Source: Alphaproteobacteria bacterium (GTDB taxonomy: Bacteria; Pseudomonadota; Alphaproteobacteria; Rickettsiales; UBA8987). From it: 64,000 nt of DNA. Below the pieces are notes generated by a model. It had not been told where the DNA came from, ran no database searches, and worked only from the letters and a program-made list of their open reading frames with translations. The stretch is taken from the NCBI GenBank assembly GCA_031426355.1, contig JANPLD010000027.1, forward strand, positions 18,907 through 82,906, written 5' to 3'. Numbering within the stretch: the stretch's first letter is position 1; every line of letters starts with the position of its first letter. This document shows positions 50,712-59,395 of this stretch, in pieces. Both the position numbers and the translations under genes were made by a program.

Positions 50712-52655
50712 ATGAAGAATTTTCTATTTGCGGTTTCTCTGGATTGTCCCGCTTCTCCGGCGCTTGGTTTTAAGTGCAAGATAGGGTTTGATGAGAATAA
50801 GAAGAGGCTTAACGGTACGGGGTTTGCGTGGTATCTGGGTGATGATTTTGCTGCGCAGATAGTTAAAGACTGTAACTCTTTTGAAGAGGCGGGCATGCCA
50901 AAAGTTCTTCAGGAATGGCGCAGGTTCCGCTCATCAATTTTCATGATGAATTTTTATGGCGCTTCGTATGATGCAACCCTCCAGAATACTCAGCCGTATG
51001 CAAAGCCCTTGGCAAACCGTGAATGGTCTTGGATGCAGCAGGGGGATTTTGATATGCACGCCTTGCGTGAACTTGCGGGTGATAAAAGGAAAATGATATA
51101 TCAACCGGTTGGCACTACAGATTCTGAGCTGACATTCAGCATAATCCTGAATCGCTGCATTAAAAAAGGATACATGAATTTGAGGGAAGTAGGCTGGAGC
51201 AATCTATATTCATGGTTTGATGAGCTTTCTAAGCTTGGAAGCGCAAATATTGTGGTTTCAGATGGGCAATATCTGGTTGCCTACAGAACTGTAAAAACAG
51301 ACGAGAAACTTTTTTATGCGCGACGTAAACCGCATTTTAAAACTAATGTTCTGAAGTCAGATACTGCGGAGGTTTCTGTGGATTTCAGCAATGGCATAGA
51401 TAAACTGCGTACTCAGGTAGTATTTGCTTCTGAAAAATTATCTGATGAACCTTTGTGGAATGAAGTTATGAAAGGGCAGATGATAGTTTCCGCAAGCGGC
51501 ACTATTGTGTGGGATAGTGCAAAAGACCTTAAAACCTCTTCTATGAAAATTAAAAAACCTGAAAATTTCCTTAACCAGCAGGAGCTCCAACTGGCGGCTT
51601 CTTTAACGACAACAAATAACTCTATGTCTGAACAGAAAGATGGTAATGCTAAACCTATTACAGAGCAATACGATCACCATCCCGAGAACGCCCCTGAGAT
51701 AGAGGACATACTTGAGAATAACTGCGTACCCGTATCGCGTGAGCTTGATTATTATATTTCAAATACCTTACTTAACAAAGGTACGAGGGTTATGAGAGTG
51801 ACGCATGAAACTATTTATACTTATGATAAGCCGATCGAGCGAAGCGAGCATGTATACCGACTTATCCCAATGTATAACCGTTTCCAGCAGTTGCTGGAAT
51901 ATTCGCTTGATGTTGACGTTCCGGCTGAGCGCATGGTTTATCGCGATGTTTATAATAATGATGTTATCCATCTGACCATTGATACGCCATATAGGGAGCT
52001 TAGTATTATAAGCCATAGTACGGTGAGAATACACCGTATTGACCCTGATGATTTCTCGCATCAGCTTCGTAAAACAAAAATACCTTACGCGTGGATGCCA
52101 GGACAAAGACAGACGATGCAGGCGTTTTTAATTCCACCTGAACTTCCTGAAACGCAGATAAGGGAACTTACTGATTACGCAATGAGCTTTGTGCGAAGGA
52201 ATGATTATAATCTTTATGATACGCTGCAGGATATGAACCGCACTATCTATAATGATTTTGAGTATAAGCAGAAGGTCACTGATTTTAATACCAGCGCTTT
52301 TGAGGCTTATGTTCTGAGGCAAGGTGTCTGTCAGGATTTCGCAAATCTGATGATATGTCTGGCGAGGTTGCTTGGTATTCCGGCGCGCTACCGTATGGGT
52401 TACATCTATACTGGCGCTGATTATGGTAATAAGATACAGTCAGAGGCTACTCACGCTTGGGCAGAGCTTTATATACCTTACGTGGGCTGGAGAGGGTTTG
52501 ACCCAACTAACGGTAAGATGGTAGATCAGGATTACATACGCGTTGCGTGCGGCCGTAACTATCTTGATGCGACGCCAACTTCAGGCACTATTTATAAAGG
52601 TGGTGGGAAGGAAACGCTGAGAGTTAATGTAAGGACCGAAGTAGTGGAAGAGTAA
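50712..52655 (+). CDS. fusion protein: degenerate class-II glutamine-amidotransferase-like domain + Bact_transglu_N/transglutaminase-like cysteine peptidase domain
   Basis: 647 aa. The N-terminal ~270 aa resemble YafJ-type GATase-II (NGTGFAWY...) but lack Cys2. From Met361 (nt 51792) onward it reads like a standalone COG1305 protein (MRVTHETIYTY...), with the triad GVCQDFANL, THAWAELYIPYVGW, GFDPTNG. Confidence 0.8.
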   Translation: MKNFLFAVSLDCPASPALGFKCKIGFDENKKRLNGTGFAWYLGDDFAAQIVKDCNSFEEAGMPKVLQEWRRFRSSIFMMNFYGASYDATLQNTQPYAKPLANREWSWMQQGDFDMHALRELAGDKRKMIYQPVGTTDSELTFSIILNRCIKKGYMNLREVGWSNLYSWFDELSKLGSANIVVSDGQYLVAYRTVKTDEKLFYARRKPHFKTNVLKSDTAEVSVDFSNGIDKLRTQVVFASEKLSDEPLWNEVMKGQMIVSASGTIVWDSAKDLKTSSMKIKKPENFLNQQELQLAASLTTTNNSMSEQKDGNAKPITEQYDHHPENAPEIEDILENNCVPVSRELDYYISNTLLNKGTRVMRVTHETIYTYDKPIERSEHVYRLIPMYNRFQQLLEYSLDVDVPAERMVYRDVYNNDVIHLTIDTPYRELSIISHSTVRIHRIDPDDFSHQLRKTKIPYAWMPGQRQTMQAFLIPPELPETQIRELTDYAMSFVRRNDYNLYDTLQDMNRTIYNDFEYKQKVTDFNTSAFEAYVLRQGVCQDFANLMICLARLLGIPARYRMGYIYTGADYGNKIQSEATHAWAELYIPYVGWRGFDPTNGKMVDQDYIRVACGRNYLDATPTSGTIYKGGGKETLRVNVRTEVVEE

Positions 52656-52662
52656 TAGTTAA

Positions 52663-53019
52663 TTATACGTCTTTGTTATTAACCAGCTCTTGCATCTTCT
52701 GGGCGTTGTCGAAGCTTTTGTCGAGCTTGAAGATTAAATCAGGAATATTACGGATCTTGAGCTGTTTACCCATCTGGTATTTAATTCTTTTTGACATAGG
52801 TTGGAGGATATCAACCATTTTTTCTTTATCTTTTCCACTAAGTGGAATGAAATAAACAAAAGCGTTATGAAGGTCAGGCGTAACTTGAACTTCAGACACA
52901 GTAATATTTATCGCCCTAAAACTTATCGGGTCATAGATATCCTGCCTCATGAATATTTCACTAAGGATAGTTTTTATTTCCTGTCCTACTTTCAGCTGTC
53001 TTGTGGAAAATTCTTTCAT
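52663..53019 (-). CDS. rbfA: ribosome-binding factor A
   Basis: 118 aa. The R..RV..E... pattern is present (STRQLKVGQEIKTILSEIF), and the gene is immediately downstream of infB. Confidence 0.9.
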   Translation of the reverse strand: MKEFSTRQLKVGQEIKTILSEIFMRQDIYDPISFRAINITVSEVQVTPDLHNAFVYFIPLSGKDKEKMVDILQPMSKRIKYQMGKQLKIRNIPDLIFKLDKSFDNAQKMQELVNNKDV

Positions 53020-53020
53020 G

Positions 53021-53089
53021 TTTAGTCGTTAGTTTTTAGTCGTTAGTCGCTAGTTAAAGCTTAAAACTAAAGCCTAACGACTAGTGACT
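53021..53089. repeat. structured infB-rbfA spacer: direct repeat ttagtcgttag (x2) plus inverted partner ctaacgacta
   Basis: The direct repeat occurs at 53022-53032 and 53036-53046. The segment 53037-53046 pairs with 53074-53083, and the pairing can be extended with bulges to roughly 20 bp. Confidence 0.45.
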
Positions 53090-53091
53090 TG

Positions 53092-55626
53092 TTATCCCTC
53101 AAATACTCTTTTTTCGCTTACTTTTTCAAATGCCTCGATAACGTCGCCTTCGCGCATATCTTCGTAATTCTCAAATGCCATACCACATTCAAAGCCTTCG
53201 CGTACTTCTGCAACTTCGTCTTTGAAGCGTTTCAGGGTTTTGAGTTTTCCTTCATGGATAACAACGTTGTCACGGATAAGACGAACGCCTGCGCCACGTT
53301 TAACGATACCATCTCTGATACGGCAACCTGCAACTTTACCCGAGCCCGTAACTTTAAACACCTGTAATATCTCAGCATTACCGAGGAACTGCTCACGGAT
53401 GATAGGTGAGAGAAGGCCGGTTATCATGAGTCTGATATCATCAAGTAAGTTATAGATGATGTTGTAGTAGCGGATATCAATTTTCTCCCTTTCAGCCAAT
53501 GCTTTTGCATTTGCTTCAGCACGAACGTTGAACCCTAGAATTATTGCCCTTACTGCGCCTGCAAGCTGAACATCTGATTCGGAGATCGCGCCAGCTGCCT
53601 GATGCAGAACCCTGATACGGACTTCATCACTTTCAATTTTGCCAATAGAGCTTGTAATAGCTTCAACAGAGCCGTGTACGTCACCTTTGATGATGATGTT
53701 AAGTTCTTTCGTGCCTTCTTTCGCAGTTTTGAACATGCCTTCAATACCGCCTGTCGCAGTAGAAAGCGCTTTGTGCCTTTCAACCTGATTAACCTTTTTA
53801 CGGTATTCAACAATATCCCTTGAGGTTTTTTCATTATCAGCTTTCGCGAATACTTCACCGGCTGATGGAACTTCATCAAAACCTAAAACTTCTACAGGTT
53901 TTGAAGGGCCCGCTTCATCAAGCTGAACACCGTGTTCATCAGTGATGGTTTTAACTTTACCAAATGCCGTGCCTGCAACTATGAGGTCACCTTTTCTGAG
54001 GGTACCTTTCTGTATAAGAAGGGTGGCAACTACGCCGCGGCCTTTGTCGATTTTTGCTTCAACGATAGTACCACGTGGTTTCTGTTTTGTAGATGCTTTA
54101 AGCTCAAGCATTTCAGACTGAACAAGTACTGCTGCAAGCAAGCCATCAATATTGAGTTTCTGTTTTGCAGATATCTCAACGCATTGAACTTCACCGCCGA
54201 ATTCTTCGGAAACTAATTCATATTTAAGTAACTCTTCCTTAATTTTACGAGGGTTAGCGCCCGGCTTATCAATTTTGTTTATTGCAACTATTATAGGAGC
54301 GCCAGCTGCCTTGGCATGATTGATCGCTTCAACCGTTTGAGGCATTACACCGTCATCAGCCGCAACAACTAATATAACTATATCTGTAACGTTCGCGCCG
54401 CGTGCACGCATTGCAGTAAATGCCGCGTGGCCTGGTGTATCAATAAATGTGATCTTATCACCTTCCGCAGTGGTAACCTGATAAGCACCAATGTGTTGGG
54501 TGATTCCACCAGCTTCACCTGATACAACATCTGCTTTACGGATAGCATCAAGAAGTGAGGTTTTACCATGATCCACGTGACCCATAACCGTAACAACAGG
54601 TGGGCGTGAGATAAGGTCAGTATCGTCAATTACTTCTTCGCCGAGTGATATCTCAACGTCTGAAGCAGATACGCGTTTTGCAATATGCCCGAATTCAGAG
54701 ACAAGAAGTTCTGCTGTGTCGGTATCTATTTCATCAGAGCCGCGTTTGATGGAACCAAGTTTCATCAGTTCTTTTATCACGTCAGCAACGCGAACGGACA
54801 TTCTGTTCGCAAGTTCCTGTACGGAGATTATTTCCGGGATGATTATTTCTTTTTGTTTGAATTCCTGATCAGCAGAAGAAACAAGTTTCATTCTCTGTTT
54901 CTGTTTTTTCCTCTGCATTGCTGCGAAAGAGCGCACTCTTTCCTCGCCACTATCAATAAGGGCCTGGGAAATGGTTAATTTTCTTGGACCTTTGTCATCA
55001 TCAAATTTTGGTTTACCGGCTGAAGTTTTCTTTCTTTCCTCGATCTCGTTATCCTGATCTTCTTTGGTAACTTTAGCGCCTTTTCTTTTAGGGCTGCCAA
55101 ATTCAGTAGGTTTAACTTCGAACGGGTTTCCTGAAAATACTGCTTTTTCTTTTTTCTCTTTCTGAATGAACTGTCTTTTTGCTTCGTCTCTTTGTTCCTG
55201 AGTGCCTTCTAAAGTTGCGGCGTTAGTAGCATTTTTAACATTGCGCAGTTCTACAGGCTGAGGTGCCGGAGGAGCTTCTTTTTTATCAAAATCAGCTTTA
55301 GGTATCTCAACTTCAACTCTTGTTTTACTAATAATTAATTGTTGTGCCGCTGCTGCAGCTGAATCTTTTCTTCTTTCGTCTGCCTGTTTGATGGCATCAA
55401 GGCGTGCGAGTCTTTCGTGTTCAGTCAGGCCTGAATCATCATTAGTAAGGAAATCATGTTCGCCCCTTTCATTCTTGTTATTGAATGTGCGTGATTTTCT
55501 AACCTCAACAGTAACGGTTTTGCTCTTGCTTCTAGAGAGGGATTGCTTAACTGTTCCGCCTTCTACTTTTTTACCAAGTGAAAGTGATAGTGTTTTCTTG
55601 TTATTATTTCCTGTATTTTCAGTCAT
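53092..55626 (-). CDS. infB: translation initiation factor IF-2
   Basis: 844 aa. G-domain motifs [18 protein letters not shown]. Lys/Glu-rich N-terminal region. Confidence 0.95.
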   Translation of the reverse strand: MTENTGNNNKKTLSLSLGKKVEGGTVKQSLSRSKSKTVTVEVRKSRTFNNKNERGEHDFLTNDDSGLTEHERLARLDAIKQADERRKDSAAAAAQQLIISKTRVEVEIPKADFDKKEAPPAPQPVELRNVKNATNAATLEGTQEQRDEAKRQFIQKEKKEKAVFSGNPFEVKPTEFGSPKRKGAKVTKEDQDNEIEERKKTSAGKPKFDDDKGPRKLTISQALIDSGEERVRSFAAMQRKKQKQRMKLVSSADQEFKQKEIIIPEIISVQELANRMSVRVADVIKELMKLGSIKRGSDEIDTDTAELLVSEFGHIAKRVSASDVEISLGEEVIDDTDLISRPPVVTVMGHVDHGKTSLLDAIRKADVVSGEAGGITQHIGAYQVTTAEGDKITFIDTPGHAAFTAMRARGANVTDIVILVVAADDGVMPQTVEAINHAKAAGAPIIVAINKIDKPGANPRKIKEELLKYELVSEEFGGEVQCVEISAKQKLNIDGLLAAVLVQSEMLELKASTKQKPRGTIVEAKIDKGRGVVATLLIQKGTLRKGDLIVAGTAFGKVKTITDEHGVQLDEAGPSKPVEVLGFDEVPSAGEVFAKADNEKTSRDIVEYRKKVNQVERHKALSTATGGIEGMFKTAKEGTKELNIIIKGDVHGSVEAITSSIGKIESDEVRIRVLHQAAGAISESDVQLAGAVRAIILGFNVRAEANAKALAEREKIDIRYYNIIYNLLDDIRLMITGLLSPIIREQFLGNAEILQVFKVTGSGKVAGCRIRDGIVKRGAGVRLIRDNVVIHEGKLKTLKRFKDEVAEVREGFECGMAFENYEDMREGDVIEAFEKVSEKRVFEG

Positions 55627-55799
55627 TTAGTATAAGTTTCGTATCGTTTACAAAGAGGGTTTTTAAAAACCCCCGACAAATTAAATTAGAGTGGGTGAAT
55701 TTTCTGGTTCTGGGCTGATTTTTGGCTGTAATCCATTGGTTTGGGGTGCATTATGTATAAAAAACCGCGATAGTCAAACGATTGTTTATGGCCAGTAAC

Positions 55800-56579
55800 T
55801 TACCATTTGGTAACCAATAAAGTCTGTGGTTTTGTCAAATCCTGAATTTCCTTACCTTTTTCGTCCGTAACTTTTGCGCCCGAGCCAAGAAGGATGGGTA
55901 ACAGAGGTACGTAATCATGAACCTTCAAATTCTGTTCATAGATAGTATGGATATGCCCGTTTGCAAGTAGACAGAAATTGTAGCAATCTCCACCGTAAAC
56001 AACGCTGTCTGCTTTTTTTGCAAGGGCTTCGAAGAATTTTTTGCCGGCCGGGTTGAAGTATTGGGGGCCAGTGGTAGCTAGGATTTTGGGGGTGAGGCTT
56101 AAGGGATAAGGGGTAAGGGGTTTTATTTTTTTATTATTGAAATAAGAAACATATTCTTCCTTTTTGCCTTTTGCCTTTTCCCTTACTCCTATCCAGAGTT
56201 CATCTGTAAACGGCGCATAAACCGCTCCAAGGACGGGAACATTATCAACTATCAAGCCAATCATAATTCCCCACATAGGCCTTCCGGCTGAAAAGCTTGC
56301 AGTGCCGTCGATGGGGTCTATCACCCAGGTGAATTTTGATAATATTTTTGATGAGGATTTGGTAAAGCCGAATTCTTCCCCTAAAATTGAATGACCTTTA
56401 TATTTTTTATTTATCTCTTTCCTCAGGAACTGCTCTATTTCCTTGTCAGCTATGGTAACTAGTGAGCCATCTTCCTTGCTTTTTATATCTGCATTAGATT
56501 TGCGGAAATATTTCAGGGCGATCTTACCCGCCTGTTTTAGCAACTGCTCAGTAAATAATTTATATTCAGTCGTGTTCAT
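55800..56579 (-). CDS. inositol monophosphatase family protein (SuhB/HisN-like)
   Basis: 259 aa. Motifs EEFG and WVIDPIDGT, and a C-terminal GGDCY-type region. Confidence 0.85.
   Translation of the reverse strand: MNTTEYKLFTEQLLKQAGKIALKYFRKSNADIKSKEDGSLVTIADKEIEQFLRKEINKKYKGHSILGEEFGFTKSSSKILSKFTWVIDPIDGTASFSAGRPMWGIMIGLIVDNVPVLGAVYAPFTDELWIGVREKAKGKKEEYVSYFNNKKIKPLTPYPLSLTPKILATTGPQYFNPAGKKFFEALAKKADSVVYGGDCYNFCLLANGHIHTIYEQNLKVHDYVPLLPILLGSGAKVTDEKGKEIQDLTKPQTLLVTKW
56085..56189. repeat. G-rich/C-rich palindromic element embedded in frame in the IMPase-family CDS
   Basis: The G-rich arm at 56085-56123 is related to the element at 4780-4868 (27/36 aligned positions with one codon indel). 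An AT-rich spacer follows. The partner arm at 56174-56186 pairs with 56100-56111 (11/12). Confidence 0.4.
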
Positions 56580-56649
56580 TCTAAGCTTTTTGTTTTAATG
56601 ATGATTTATTAGAGGATAATATAGCGCTAGTGCAAGTTATAAATGTTTA

Positions 56650-58830
56650 ATGCTCTCACGGTTTAAAATAATAAATACCATCTTCTCTCCGAGAACTCTG
56701 GCAGTATTGCTTGCGTGCGTGTTCATCGCTGCATCTGCGGCAATGTATAGCCTGTTCTCAAAAAGCTTCACCAACCTTGAGTATAATTTCAAGCTTACCC
56801 CCTTACTGCTTTCAGTGAATGCGGGTATACTTATAATATTGCTGATACTTATCTATAAAAAAATCTCACGCATAAGAAGTGATGCACGTGAAAGTGGAAT
56901 GGGTTCTCGGATGCAGAAGCGTATAGTTCTCATATTTACGCTTCTAACAATTATCCCGACACTTATAACTTCCGGTTTTGCGATATCATTTTTCCTTTAT
57001 GGATTACGCGGGTGGTTTGATGATAAAATAAGCATTGCGCTTAATAATTCAGTAAAAGTAGCTGAGGCATATCTTGGAGAGCATGCGGAAAACCTTAAGG
57101 CTGATTCATATGCCATGTCACGCGACATAACACGTTTTGCTAATGAGCTAATGGAGAACCAGGCTGATTTTAAAACTTACCTTACGGCGCAATCAGGTTG
57201 GAGAGGCCTTACTGATGCTATTGTTTTCCGTAAGAAAGATATTTTAGCCGCTTCTGATGGCACAGTTACATATATGGTAGATTTTGATGCCATTGATGAC
57301 AAAGCTCTGGAACGTGCCGATCATGGTGAGATAGTTCTGACAATGGAGGATGATAACAAGGTTAAGGTTCTCATAAAACTGAAAGGTTTTAATGATACCT
57401 ATTTACTTGTGAGTAAGATCGTTGATGAGAAGGTTCTCAATTATACCAAGCAAACAAGGGATTCAGTTACGGAATATAACCGACTGCGTGATAATGTTGA
57501 TAATCTGCAAGTGCAGTTCATAATTGCGTTCAGCGGAGTTTCAGCGATACTTTTATTCTCATCTATATGGCTAGGATTGATTTTTGCATCACGCGTTATT
57601 GCGCCGCTATATAAACTAAACCGTGCCACTGAACGTGTGCAGTCAGGTGATTTAACAGTTCGCCTTGATGAGAGCATAAAAGATGATGAGATAACAAATC
57701 TCTTCCGCGCGTTTAACCGCATGACAGGAAACCTCCAGAGGAACCAGTTGCAACTGGTTGAAGTAAATCGCCAGATAGACCAGAGAAGTAGAATAATAGA
57801 GGCGGTTTTCTCAGGTGTTAATTCCGGCATAATTGCGCTTGATGAACATAAAAGGGTTCGCATATTCAATGCTTCGTCAGCTGTGGTACTCAAGGTTGAT
57901 GAGCATAATATAGTAGGCAGATATATTGCCGATGTATTCCCAGAAATAACTACTTTCTTTGTTCGCCTGCGTGAGCTGAAAGGGGAAATATTCCAGCAGC
58001 AGATAGATATTAAACGTGATGGCATAATTTCTAATTTGCTCGTCCGTATTGTGACGGAAGAGGCTTCAAAGCAAGTTGAAGGGTATATAATTACCATAGA
58101 TGATATTACCAAACTTGTTAACGCGCAGAGGATGTCTGCATGGAGTGATGTTGCAAGGCGTATTGCGCATGAGATCAAAAACCCGCTTACGCCGATCAAT
58201 CTTTCAGCTGAGCGTATCCGCGTAAAATTTGAAGCTGTGATACCTGAAACTGACAGAGAAAATTTCAATCGTTATATTGATACAATAATAAGGCACGCAG
58301 ATAATATTGAGCGTATCGTTCGTGAATTCTCTGATTTTGCGCGTATGCCGCAGCCGATGTTGGTGCGTAATAATATATGCGAGGCTATTCGTGAGTCAGT
58401 GTTCTCAGAGAAAGTTGTGAATGGAAATATTGATTATGAGATCAATATTCCTGAAGAGGATATTTTTTTTGATTTTGATAAGGAGCAGATATCAAGAGTA
58501 CTTCAGAATACACTTAAAAACGCAGCTGAATCCATGCGCGAAAGTGGTTTAAACGAAGGGCAGGAAAAGGGGCATATTTCCATCTCACTAAAAAGAAATA
58601 AGCATCTTGAGCTTGAGATACTTGATAATGGAAAAGGTTTTGCGCCTGAGCTGCTTAACCGCTTAACGGAGCCTTATGTTACTACTCGCGAGAAGGGAAC
58701 AGGGCTTGGGTTAGCTATAGTTAAAAAGATCATTGATGACCATTCTGCAAGCCTTGAGCTTTCTAATAATGCTTCACCTGAAGGTAAAGTGCTGGGAGCG
58801 CGTGTTCATATTACATTCTTTATGGGTTAG
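56650..58830 (+). CDS. ntrY: NtrY-like sensor histidine kinase (TM + HAMP + PAS + HisKA + HATPase_c)
   Basis: 726 aa. N-terminal multi-TM region, H-box AHEIKNPLTPI, N-box and G-boxes (LDNGKGF, GTGLGLAIV). Confidence 0.85.
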   Translation: MLSRFKIINTIFSPRTLAVLLACVFIAASAAMYSLFSKSFTNLEYNFKLTPLLLSVNAGILIILLILIYKKISRIRSDARESGMGSRMQKRIVLIFTLLTIIPTLITSGFAISFFLYGLRGWFDDKISIALNNSVKVAEAYLGEHAENLKADSYAMSRDITRFANELMENQADFKTYLTAQSGWRGLTDAIVFRKKDILAASDGTVTYMVDFDAIDDKALERADHGEIVLTMEDDNKVKVLIKLKGFNDTYLLVSKIVDEKVLNYTKQTRDSVTEYNRLRDNVDNLQVQFIIAFSGVSAILLFSSIWLGLIFASRVIAPLYKLNRATERVQSGDLTVRLDESIKDDEITNLFRAFNRMTGNLQRNQLQLVEVNRQIDQRSRIIEAVFSGVNSGIIALDEHKRVRIFNASSAVVLKVDEHNIVGRYIADVFPEITTFFVRLRELKGEIFQQQIDIKRDGIISNLLVRIVTEEASKQVEGYIITIDDITKLVNAQRMSAWSDVARRIAHEIKNPLTPINLSAERIRVKFEAVIPETDRENFNRYIDTIIRHADNIERIVREFSDFARMPQPMLVRNNICEAIRESVFSEKVVNGNIDYEINIPEEDIFFDFDKEQISRVLQNTLKNAAESMRESGLNEGQEKGHISISLKRNKHLELEILDNGKGFAPELLNRLTEPYVTTREKGTGLGLAIVKKIIDDHSASLELSNNASPEGKVLGARVHITFFMG

Positions 58831-58878
58831 GTTTTTGTACGCACGTTTGTATGGACAAATATCATTTTATGATATATT

Positions 58879-59175
58879 ATGAAAATAAAGGTTACATCAT
58901 TTAATTGGGATTCCGGTAATATAGAAAAGTGCCAAAAGCATGGCCTTTCTGTAGGGCTTATAGAGTCCTTTTTTAAGCAAAAAGATATTTTTATTGCTCC
59001 TGACGTAAAACATTCAGTTAAAGAGCAAAGATTTATTGCTATAGGAAAAACAAATAATGGTAGGCCGATCTTTGTGGCTTTTGCTTATAGGAAAAATTCT
59101 GTTAGACCCATTAGCGCAAGATATATGCATAATAAGGAGATAAGAAAATATGAAGAAGAGTTTTCCAAAAATTAG
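58879..59175 (+). CDS. brnT: type II toxin BrnT family (DUF497 ribonuclease)
   Basis: 98 aa. FNWDSGNIEKCQKHGLS...EQRFIAIG...RPISARYMHNKE pattern. Confidence 0.8.
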   Translation: MKIKVTSFNWDSGNIEKCQKHGLSVGLIESFFKQKDIFIAPDVKHSVKEQRFIAIGKTNNGRPIFVAFAYRKNSVRPISARYMHNKEIRKYEEEFSKN

Positions 59176-59395
59176 ATCAGATAAGCATGCTGAAGAACTT
59201 TTGGAATCAGATATGTCTGAGTTCTTAAGTAAAAAAAACTTTAAAAAAGTATCGTTTGAGTTTTTGCCAAAGGATAAAAAAGTTAATTTAAGATTTTCTG
59301 ATTCCCTTTTGGTTGCAATAAAAAAGGAAGCTAAAAAGCTTTCTATTCCATATCAGAAATTTATTCGTCAGATACTGGAAAGAGAGGTTTTGTAA
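59150..59395 (+). CDS. brnA: BrnA/CopG-type antitoxin
   Basis: 81 aa. Overlaps the brnT 3' end. The C-terminal RHH-like segment reads VNLRFSDSLLVAIKKEAKKLSIPYQKFIRQILE. Confidence 0.7.
   Translation: MKKSFPKIRSDKHAEELLESDMSEFLSKKNFKKVSFEFLPKDKKVNLRFSDSLLVAIKKEAKKLSIPYQKFIRQILEREVL

Noticed and set aside
57441-58268. 275-aa ORF antisense to ntrY. Similar long antisense ORFs occur at 38172-38735 (opposite the parvulin gene), 39343-39768 (opposite parE), 10831-11151 (opposite the CorC gene) and 23416-23715 (opposite the RTX gene).
   Set aside because: Each is fully contained in, and antisense to, a gene with strong family motifs. Their Ser/Leu/Pro/Ile-rich composition is typical of shadow ORFs.
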